NCBI GenBank assembly: GCA_011390345.1
Contig: JAABSP010000025.1
Coordinates: 399 to 64,398 of the forward strand
Length of the DNA stretch: 64,000 nucleotides
Origin: Desulfobacteraceae bacterium
GTDB lineage: Bacteria > Desulfobacterota > Desulfobacteria > Desulfobacterales > JAABSP01
Direction: 5' to 3'
Shown: positions 28,865-36,693 of the stretch, one piece after another
Position numbering within the stretch: position 1 is the first letter of the stretch
How the letters are laid out: each line of letters begins with the position of its first letter
The notes under the pieces: generated by a model
Databases searched by the model: none
The model's input: only the letters and a program-made list of their open reading frames with translations
Told to the model about the DNA's origin: nothing
Translations under genes and position numbers: made by a program

Positions 28865-29701
28865 CTACCGATCCAGGGATTCGAGGATGAACGCGATCTG
28901 GGCGTCGATGGCCCGAAAGCCTTTCCAGGAGAAGCCGGGAGCGCCCCGGCAGAGGGCCACGATGTCCAGGGCTGCCATCTCCAGGGCCTTGAAACGGATC
29001 GGGATCATGGGGTGGGTGCGCATCCATCTGTAGGCATCCCCCCCCTTGCGGATGCCCCGCTCCAGCTCCTCATACTGGCCCCGGAAGGAATCGAGAATCC
29101 GATCCACATGGATGCCCCTCAGTCCGCTTGCAGTCTTGAAGAGAGCGGTGACAGCGGGGGTCAGCCCCCCGCAGCAGAGCAGTCCGATCCGATCCGCGGA
29201 GACCTCGGCCGCCCTGGACCAACTGAGAAGCAGGGATGCGATCTCCGGCGGGATCTCCCTCAGATGGCTCAGGATCTCATGGATCGGAAACCGGGAATGC
29301 TCAAAGGCCACATGCCCCAGTTCATGGCCGATCACAAAGCGGAGTTCATCAATGGTAAAATCATTCAGCAGCCCGGAATGGATGAGCAGGTCGAACTTTC
29401 CTTCGTGCGCGAAGACGCTCGCGTTGTAGGTCGGGCTCTGGCGGACGAAGAGATCCCCGGAATAAGCCCCGCGGAAGAGATCGAGGCAGAAGCTGTAGGC
29501 CGTATAGACTTGGGGCAGCAGATCGGCCGTGATCCTGACCGCATCTCCGAGCAGATCCTGACGCCGGCCATTGAGAAGGCGCTGGGCATCTGAGAAATCC
29601 CGCAGGGGAATGGGTCCGGCCCGCTCGGTGATCCGCCGGAGAAGGCTCTCCTCATAGCCGAACCGGAGAGCCTCGAAATCTTCGATGACCGGCCGTTTCA
29701 C
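28865..29701 (-). CDS. M48 family (Ste24/HtpX-like) zinc metallopeptidase
   Basis: ELRFVIGHELGH (HExxH), WSRAAEVSADR, THP. Confidence 0.88.
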   Translation of the reverse strand: MKRPVIEDFEALRFGYEESLLRRITERAGPIPLRDFSDAQRLLNGRRQDLLGDAVRITADLLPQVYTAYSFCLDLFRGAYSGDLFVRQSPTYNASVFAHEGKFDLLIHSGLLNDFTIDELRFVIGHELGHVAFEHSRFPIHEILSHLREIPPEIASLLLSWSRAAEVSADRIGLLCCGGLTPAVTALFKTASGLRGIHVDRILDSFRGQYEELERGIRKGGDAYRWMRTHPMIPIRFKALEMAALDIVALCRGAPGFSWKGFRAIDAQIAFILESLDR

Positions 29702-29722
29702 CCCGGGGTCATTTGGCGGGAC

Positions 29723-30814
29723 TCAATCCAGCACAGGCTCATCCCGCCGGACCTGGTTGACGTTGATCAGTTGCGCGCCCCCGGGGCCGCTGTTGTCGAT
29801 CCGGGCGACGAGACACCAGCTTCCCGGGCTCGACTCGGTAAGGGGGACCTCGATCTCCCGGCCCCCGCCCCGGACGATCACCCGGCCGTCATATGCGGAA
29901 AAGTTGGAATTGGGCTTGTTGAAGATGTTGGCCGCGATCAGGGCATGCTCGATTGTTTCCAGCCGGGTGAAGTAGAGGTTCTCCTCATTGTCTCCCCCCT
30001 TGTCACCGACCCCGGCGTCCTGATCCAGATAGATCCAGGGCGCGTTCTCCCGGCTGCCCCGGTCTCCGAAATAGACATGTCCCCTGGCCGAACCACTTCC
30101 CCCCAGCAGCTTTCCCATCAGCCCCTTCTTGGCCGGGGCCGCATCTGCCTTCAGCCGGTAGAAACAGTGGAGATCGAGATCCACTGCGGTCTTCCAGCGG
30201 AGAATCGCATGAAAATCCTTTCCGGAGAGGGGGGCCTTCTGCCCCTTCTCCTTCAACACGATCTTCGAAGCGACCTTCAACTCCGATGCACCCGGAATAT
30301 TTGCCCGAAAATCCTCCAGCCCCATCACATCGCTGCTGTTGGCAATAGATGCGCCCATAAAGCTGCTTTTGAAGGTGCAGATAACCGCGACTGCGCCCGG
30401 TGTTTTGGAGTCGAGGGTGACAACATGGGTCTCGCCCTTGTCCGTGACCACCTCGACACTGGCATCATAGTCGGCAAAGACCCGGTTCTGCCCAGTGGAT
30501 GCATCCGTGAAGTTGAGCGCACAGATGTGAAGCTCCTCGAAATCGTCGAGCCGGGCCACCCGGAGTTCCTCCCTTTTAGAGCCGCCCCCTGCGCCCACCC
30601 CCTCGTCTCCGGAGAGCTGAACAAAGGGAAAGGCATTGAGATCGCCGAGTGATCCGCCGGCATAATTGTCCGAATAGATCCCGCCGGTTCGGCCATCTTT
30701 GGTCTTGTAGAAGGCCATAAGATCCAGATCGACTTCCGCGGTCCAGATCAGAGATACCTTCATCTGTTTGAAACCGCCGATGACGGCATCGGCGCCCTTC
30801 TGCTTCAGATCCAT
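29723..30814 (-). CDS. Two-domain TerD/TerA-like protein
   Basis: N-domain highly similar to that of 27665..28828; second domain WKTAVDLDLHCFY...LDQDAGVGDKGGDNEEN. Confidence 0.8.
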   Translation of the reverse strand: MDLKQKGADAVIGGFKQMKVSLIWTAEVDLDLMAFYKTKDGRTGGIYSDNYAGGSLGDLNAFPFVQLSGDEGVGAGGGSKREELRVARLDDFEELHICALNFTDASTGQNRVFADYDASVEVVTDKGETHVVTLDSKTPGAVAVICTFKSSFMGASIANSSDVMGLEDFRANIPGASELKVASKIVLKEKGQKAPLSGKDFHAILRWKTAVDLDLHCFYRLKADAAPAKKGLMGKLLGGSGSARGHVYFGDRGSRENAPWIYLDQDAGVGDKGGDNEENLYFTRLETIEHALIAANIFNKPNSNFSAYDGRVIVRGGGREIEVPLTESSPGSWCLVARIDNSGPGGAQLINVNQVRRDEPVLD

Positions 30815-30935
30815 ATGCGCTTCTCCTTACATCGAAGGTCTTTCATTTGTTGGGCTTTCCATCAGGAATGCCTCCGGGACGGCCGGTCCGTCTGCCTCCT
30901 GCCGGCCCGGTGCATTCCCATTTCCCTCAGTGGTC

Positions 30936-31469
30936 CTATTCCTGAATCACATCCAGAAGATCCTGGAGCTTGTTGAGTCCCTTCAGGGTGCCGGCCTTGC
31001 TGGTGTTGACAAGTTTTGCTCCGATGGGGGTTGAATTATCGATGGTGGCGATCAGGGCCAAATTGCCCATATCCCCGGTATCGAGATTCACCTCATGCGC
31101 GGTTCCCTTGTCGTCCATCACCGAAAGGGTCACGTCGCTGTCGTTGAACCGCGCGGCCGATCCCTCCTTGATCTTCCCGTAGTCCCAACACATTAGCCAG
31201 ACATATTTCATGTCGTCGAGCTTGGTGATCCGGAGGACCTCCTCGTTCTCGCCGCCCTTGTCCCCCACCCCTTCATCCCCCGAAAGCTGCATAAAGGGGT
31301 GGGCGTTCAAGTCTCCCAGCTCGCCGAAATAGACGAGCCCCTGCTTTCCGCTCTTGTCCTCGTAGGCCGCTGCCAGATCGAAATCCGCGGCTGTGGTCCA
31401 GCGCATGGCAACCATAAGCTGCTTGAATCCGCCGACATTTGCCTCTTCGCCCTTCTGCTTCAGTTCCAT
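30936..31469 (-). CDS. Single-domain TerD-like protein (177 aa)
   Basis: WTTAADFDL, LSGDEGVGDKGGENEE; GGAGG RBS. Confidence 0.8.
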   Translation of the reverse strand: MELKQKGEEANVGGFKQLMVAMRWTTAADFDLAAAYEDKSGKQGLVYFGELGDLNAHPFMQLSGDEGVGDKGGENEEVLRITKLDDMKYVWLMCWDYGKIKEGSAARFNDSDVTLSVMDDKGTAHEVNLDTGDMGNLALIATIDNSTPIGAKLVNTSKAGTLKGLNKLQDLLDVIQE

Positions 31470-31557
31470 ATGTTCATAACCTCCTGTTGATGTTTTTTTT
31501 GATGAACCTTTTTCTTTTACAGAGGATTTCCGATTTCTATTGTACGATTCCTATTGC

Positions 31558-32091
31558 CTATTGATTGATAATATCGATCAACTGCTGCAGCTTGGTCAGC
31601 CCTTTCAGGGTGCCTGCCTTGCTCGAGTTGATGATTTTAGGCCCGACCCCGCCCGAATTGTCGATGGTGGCCAGCAGCGCCACATTGCCCATGTCCCCCG
31701 TATCCAGGGTCACATTATGAGAATTTCCCTTGTCATCGATGACAGAGAGCGTCACATCGCTATCATTGAACCGCGAGGGCGCGCCGTCCTGCACTTTTCC
31801 ATAGTCCCAGCAGAGAATCCAGACATACTTCATGTCATCGAGCTTTGTGATGCGCATGGTCTCCTCATTATCACCGCCCGAATCGCCTACGCCCTCATCC
31901 CCGGAAAGCTGCATGTGGGGAAAGTTGTTGAGATCTCCCAGCTCGCCGAAATAGACGAGCCCCTGCTTTCCGTTCTTATCCTCATAGGCCGCTGCCAGGT
32001 CGAAGTCCGCAGCGGTTGTCCACCGCATGGAAACCATCAACTGCTTGAATCCGCCGACATTTGCCTCCTGCCCTTTCTGCTTCAGATCCAT
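31558..32091 (-). CDS. Single-domain TerD-like protein (177 aa), tandem paralogue of the preceding gene
   Basis: MDLKQKGQEANVGGFKQLMV...; start at ATG 32091 after AAGGAGG; same length as 30936..31469. Confidence 0.8.
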   Translation of the reverse strand: MDLKQKGQEANVGGFKQLMVSMRWTTAADFDLAAAYEDKNGKQGLVYFGELGDLNNFPHMQLSGDEGVGDSGGDNEETMRITKLDDMKYVWILCWDYGKVQDGAPSRFNDSDVTLSVIDDKGNSHNVTLDTGDMGNVALLATIDNSGGVGPKIINSSKAGTLKGLTKLQQLIDIINQ

Positions 32092-32194
32092 GAAGACCTC
32101 CTTTTCAATGAGATTCGATTCTTTGAATACTTTCTTCTCAATATGTATATAATCTGCGGCCATTTCCGTCAACAAAAACCGAAGGAAGCTCAGA

Positions 32195-33436
32195 CTACCG
32201 CAGGTAGAGCAGCGGAATCATGAACTCCAGCCATAAACTGATAAGAAGCGCACCTGTCAGATTCAGCAGAAATCCGGCCAGCACCATCCGCTTCAATGAT
32301 GTCCCCTTCATCTCCCCGAAGGCCAGCGCATTGCAGGGGGTGGCCACCGGCGTCATGAACGCACAGGTGGACGCGGCCGAAACAGCGATCATCAGGATGA
32401 GCGGTGCCAGGCCGTAGCTCTCCCCGATAAATTCCACCAGAGGGAAAAAAGCCGCAGAAACCACGGTGTTGCTGAGGATTTCCGTGAGGAAGGTCACCGC
32501 AGCCGAGACCGAGATCACCACCATAATCGGGGGGACCGAAGGATGGATCAGGCCGGACAGCAGCGCCGGAATATACTGCTGGAGTCCCAGCTTTTGAATC
32601 CCCCAGACGATCACGACAAGAAGCCCGATAAAGAGAAGCCCCCTCGCGGGAAGATCGGTGAAGACATCCTTTGGCCGAAGCAGAGGACGGGGAGCGGGGC
32701 CAGGCGCGGAGACAAAACTCATGTAGAGAAACAGGAGAAAAAAGAGGATGGCCGGGATGGGAAGGTACTCCTCGACGCCGAAAGACGGTCTTTCCAGCAG
32801 CGACAGAATGACCCAGAAGAGGATAAAAATCACGAAAAGCCAGGCTGCGGAACGCTGTTTCGAATTCAAAAAGATCCGGGCTTCCCCCATCGCCACCCTA
32901 AGAGAGCGCAACTCTTTGGGAATCCCAAAGAGGATCACGACCCGCCACGCCAACAGGGAGAAGAGAAGCACCAGAGGCAGGGACCAGAGAAACCAGTTGA
33001 GAAAGGTGATTTGATCGCCTCCGGGAACCTTGAAGAGATCGAGCGCGGCGATGAGCATCAGATTGGCTGGGCTGCCGATCAGAGAGCCCATTCCGCCGAT
33101 ATTGGCCCCATAGATGGCTGACAGGGTCAAGGCCGTGGTCAGCCGTTTCCCGTCCGTCTGGATGCGGATATCCCGGTCCAGCAGCTTCAGGGAGGGCAGA
33201 AGGATCAGAATGGTCACCGCATTGGGGATGAAAAAGGAGATGACCGCGGCAGTAGCGATGATGTAGAGGGAAATCCGGCCGATGCGGCCTCTGCTCCGCC
33301 GGAGGCTCCAGGAGACAAAGACATCCGTCAGTTGCGTCACCACAAAGAGGCGATAGATGAAGTAGCCGTTGATGAACATCAGGATCAGCGGCAGGCGGTT
33401 CCAGTAATAGGCGTCGAGGATGTCGGCCGGTTCCAA
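32195..33436 (-). CDS. SLC13/DASS family anion permease
   Basis: ANIGGMGSLIGSPAN, LTEILSNT, CAFMTPVATPCNA. Confidence 0.85.
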   Translation of the reverse strand: MEPADILDAYYWNRLPLILMFINGYFIYRLFVVTQLTDVFVSWSLRRSRGRIGRISLYIIATAAVISFFIPNAVTILILLPSLKLLDRDIRIQTDGKRLTTALTLSAIYGANIGGMGSLIGSPANLMLIAALDLFKVPGGDQITFLNWFLWSLPLVLLFSLLAWRVVILFGIPKELRSLRVAMGEARIFLNSKQRSAAWLFVIFILFWVILSLLERPSFGVEEYLPIPAILFFLLFLYMSFVSAPGPAPRPLLRPKDVFTDLPARGLLFIGLLVVIVWGIQKLGLQQYIPALLSGLIHPSVPPIMVVISVSAAVTFLTEILSNTVVSAAFFPLVEFIGESYGLAPLILMIAVSAASTCAFMTPVATPCNALAFGEMKGTSLKRMVLAGFLLNLTGALLISLWLEFMIPLLYLR

Positions 33437-33484
33437 GTTAGAGGTCTCTCCGAATGTATTGTGGAGGCAAAAGCTTACTGTCGA

Positions 33485-33513
33485 ATTCTAAACCATGAGG
33501 TATGGCGTGTCAA
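33485..33513 (-). promoter_or_regulatory. sigma70 promoter upstream of the SLC13 permease
   Basis: Minus strand TTGACA-N17-TAGAAT. Confidence 0.7.
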
Positions 33514-33542
33514 ACCCGGATATAACCGCATATAAAAGGATA

Positions 33543-34088
33543 TCAGGGAGAAGCAGCAGCGCCCTTTTCTGCTTTTTCGGCCTTCTCCCGCGCGGCGACC
33601 TCGGCCTTCTTCTTCTGGATGCGCTCCAGCATGTTATCGTAAAGTTTTTGATCAAAGGTATCGATGGCCCGGGAATGGAGCTTGTAAACCTGAACCGAAT
33701 ACCCGGCATCGTTGAACCATTCCTGCTCAAGGCTCTCTTCAAACCAGTCAAGGGTACTCCGGACCGACTTTTCACAGATCTGCCGGCGATACTCCTCATA
33801 GGCCGCGGCATCGAAATTTCCGGCCTCACCGGCATTGCTGCGCCAGATGTTCAGCGCAGCCCGTGCAGAGGGATAGGCATCCCGCTGGATGGCCCGCTTC
33901 AGACGCCAGAGGCTGTCTGCGGCTCTTCGGATGATCCTCGGGTCGATCTTCTCCTTTTCCGCGGCCTTCTCTTCGGCCCCCCAGGCCGATTCCGGGAAAA
34001 GGGAGAGGGAAGAAAATCCTCCCCAGACCAGCAGGAGAAAAATAGACACGCACAGAAGCGATTGGCAAAAGAGCCGTTTCTTCATCAT
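33543..34088 (-). CDS. Hypothetical exported helical protein
   Basis: Signal-like N-terminus, GGAG RBS, directly downstream of the GNAT/nitrilase gene. Confidence 0.65.
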   Translation of the reverse strand: MMKKRLFCQSLLCVSIFLLLVWGGFSSLSLFPESAWGAEEKAAEKEKIDPRIIRRAADSLWRLKRAIQRDAYPSARAALNIWRSNAGEAGNFDAAAYEEYRRQICEKSVRSTLDWFEESLEQEWFNDAGYSVQVYKLHSRAIDTFDQKLYDNMLERIQKKKAEVAAREKAEKAEKGAAASP

Positions 34089-34091
34089 CTC

Positions 34092-35672
34092 CTACTCCCG
34101 CACAAGATTGCGCCGCTGCTCACCTTTGAGCCAGGTGATGTTGTACAGATCGAGCCGACGGCTCCGCAGGTTCCGGACGCTGCCGGTCTGGCGCAGCTCT
34201 TTTAAAAGATCGAGATCCAGATCCACCATCAGCGTCATCTCCGTATTGGGGGTGGCCTCGGCCGCGACCGCATCATGGGGAAAGGAGAAATCCGAAGGGG
34301 TGAAGATCCCGGACTGGGAGTACTGGATATCCATATTGGCCACCCGGGGCAGGTTGCCGACGCTTCCGGAGATCGCGACATAGCACTCGTTTTCAATGGC
34401 CCTGGCCTGTGCGCACCGCCGTACCCGGAGATAGCCGTTCTTGGTGTCGGTCCAATACGGAATGAATAGGATGTTCATCCCCTGATCCGCGAGATACCGG
34501 CAGAGTTCCGGGAACTCCACATCATAGCAGATCAGAATCCCGATCTTGCCGATGTCGGTCTCGAAGACCCTGAGATCGTCTCCTCCCTGCAGCCCCCAGT
34601 ACTGCTGCTCATCCGGGGTGATGTGCAACTTGTACTGGGCATCCCATGTCCCGTCCCGCCGACAGAGAAAGGATACATTATAGAGGCGGTGGTCCCGGTA
34701 TTCCGGCATGCTGCCGGTGATGATATTGATATTGTAGGAGATGGCCATGTCTGCAAATGCCTGGCGCAGGGTTTCGGTATATCCGGCCAGAGAGCGCATG
34801 GCCTCTGGCGGATCTTCCTGATTGAACCCGGCCATGAGGGGCACATTGAGCAGCTCGGGAAAGAGGACGATATCGGAGTTGTATCCGGAGACCGTGTCGA
34901 TAAAGAACTCGGCCTGAGCCAGAAAGTCCTCGGGAGAGGAGAAGTGACGCATCTGCCACTGGACCACAGATGTACGGACCGTGGATTTCCGGCCCCCGAA
35001 GAGCGGTTTTTTTCGGGCTTCATAATAGATGTTGTTCCACTCCAGCAGAACCCCGTAAGCCCTGGACTGGCGGTCTTCGGGAATATAGCCGGGCATCACC
35101 TTCTTGATGTGGAAGTCGTTGGAGAGCTGGAACGTGAGCACCGGATCGACGACCTCCTTGTTCTTGACCATCTGACAGTACTGGAAGGGCGACATTTTTG
35201 AAGCATATTCCCGATAGGAGGGTATCCGCCCCCCCAGAAGAATCCCCTTCAGATTGAGCTGCTCGCACAGCTCCTTTCTCGCGTCATAGAGGCGCCGCCC
35301 CAGACGCATGCCCCGGTAGTCCGGATGGACAAAGACATCGATGCCGTAGAGATAGTCGCCGTCCGGATCATGGTTTTCCAGATTGCCCGCGCCGATGATA
35401 TCTTCATAGGTGTGCTGATCCCCGTATTCGGAGAAGTCGATGATGAGGCTCAAAGCCGCAGACACGATCTTCCCCTTGTCCTCTATCGCGATCTGCCCCT
35501 GGGGAAAGCGGGCCAGCATGGAGGAGAACTCCGCAAACTTCCAGGAGCCCCCCATCCCCCGATAGACCCGTTCCATGATCTCCCGGATGTCATCGAAGTC
35601 GGAGAGCCGAAGATTTCGAAGCTTCAGCTTATGTTCCGTAACCGGCGTATTTTCCATTGAATTCCTTTTCAA
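34092..35672 (-). CDS. Bifunctional GNAT N-acetyltransferase / carbon-nitrogen hydrolase family protein
   Basis: VHPDYRGMRLGRRLY (GNAT); FPE, QYKLH, ICYDVEFPE (nitrilase-fold Glu-Lys-Cys triad). Start is either 35672 (TTG) or 35657 (ATG). Confidence 0.9.
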   Translation of the reverse strand: MKRNSMENTPVTEHKLKLRNLRLSDFDDIREIMERVYRGMGGSWKFAEFSSMLARFPQGQIAIEDKGKIVSAALSLIIDFSEYGDQHTYEDIIGAGNLENHDPDGDYLYGIDVFVHPDYRGMRLGRRLYDARKELCEQLNLKGILLGGRIPSYREYASKMSPFQYCQMVKNKEVVDPVLTFQLSNDFHIKKVMPGYIPEDRQSRAYGVLLEWNNIYYEARKKPLFGGRKSTVRTSVVQWQMRHFSSPEDFLAQAEFFIDTVSGYNSDIVLFPELLNVPLMAGFNQEDPPEAMRSLAGYTETLRQAFADMAISYNINIITGSMPEYRDHRLYNVSFLCRRDGTWDAQYKLHITPDEQQYWGLQGGDDLRVFETDIGKIGILICYDVEFPELCRYLADQGMNILFIPYWTDTKNGYLRVRRCAQARAIENECYVAISGSVGNLPRVANMDIQYSQSGIFTPSDFSFPHDAVAAEATPNTEMTLMVDLDLDLLKELRQTGSVRNLRSRRLDLYNITWLKGEQRRNLVRE

Positions 35673-35815
35673 CTCCTTTTCTCATTCGATTTGAAATCAC
35701 TGCCGCAGAAGATCGAACGCCCCGGGATTTCGATCCTTTATGAATTTATCATAGGATAGAAACCGAAAAAGATCAACTGCAAGGCGGGAGAGAATCCGAG
35801 ACCCCCAACTTTTCC

Positions 35816-35844
35816 TTGCGTGATGCCGGATGATCGAATATATT
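35816..35844 (+). promoter_or_regulatory. sigma70-type promoter for the DUF1566 pair
   Basis: TTGCGT-N17-TATATT. Confidence 0.5.
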
Positions 35845-35986
35845 ACACCATGATCTTGAAAATACATTCCGACCCCGCAACCGCTTTGATGGGATGAGGA
35901 ATATCTGAAAAAGGCTCAAACAAATTTTTGTCATTGAAGGTATCTCCTTTCAAACAAGCATATTAATCATCAAAAAGGAGTGATCC

Positions 35987-36679
35987 ATGGGAAAAATCTT
36001 CCTGCCGGCCCTGTCGATACTGATGGTCCTGTCTCTAATGGCTTTTCAGCTTCCTGCTGCGGCAGATCCCCAAGACACGGGCCAGACCCGATGTTATGAC
36101 AACACCACGCGCATCCCCTGTCCTTTGGTAGACGAATCCTTTTATGGCCAGGATGCCCATTATGCCAAGGCCCGCTCCTACACCAAGCTGGACAGCAGCG
36201 GAAATGAAATCGACGATGGTGTCACAGACTGGGCAGCAGCAAAGGATGATGTGACCGGTCTGATATGGGAGGTCAAACATTCCGGAGACGGGATGACGGA
36301 CGACACCAATCCCCATGACGCAGACAACACTTATAGCTGGTATGATTCGAATGCCGGCCCATACCAGGGAACGGCCGGAGACGGCACCAATACCGAAGAC
36401 TTTCTCAAAGCACTAAATCAAGCCGGTTTTGGGGGCTGCTCCAACTGGCGGCTGCCGACGGTAAAGGAGTTGACGGCCCTGGTGCATCGGGGAAAAAACA
36501 TGGGGCCTCGCATCGATACGGCCTATTTCCCGGAATCGAGAGCCGATTGGTACTGGTCATCCACGTCGTATGCCGGCAGCGGGGGTTATGCATGGAGTGT
36601 CGATTTCGGCGGCGGCGATACGGACAACTACTATAAGAACAATAGCCTGCATGTTCGCGCGGTCTGCAGCGGGCAATAA
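35987..36679 (+). CDS. Secreted DUF1566 (Lcl C-terminal, CLec-fold) protein
   Basis: Signal peptide, DTGQTRCY...GQDA, DDVTGLIWE, WRLPTVKEL, YWSST...AWSVDF..G...VRAV. Confidence 0.9.
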   Translation: MGKIFLPALSILMVLSLMAFQLPAAADPQDTGQTRCYDNTTRIPCPLVDESFYGQDAHYAKARSYTKLDSSGNEIDDGVTDWAAAKDDVTGLIWEVKHSGDGMTDDTNPHDADNTYSWYDSNAGPYQGTAGDGTNTEDFLKALNQAGFGGCSNWRLPTVKELTALVHRGKNMGPRIDTAYFPESRADWYWSSTSYAGSGGYAWSVDFGGGDTDNYYKNNSLHVRAVCSGQ

Positions 36680-36693
36680 AGAGGATATCGATC

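Noticed and set aside
35673-35986. Riboswitch (e.g. c-di-GMP-I) upstream of the DUF1566 genes
   Set aside because: No recognisable GEMM core or terminator architecture could be identified by eye.
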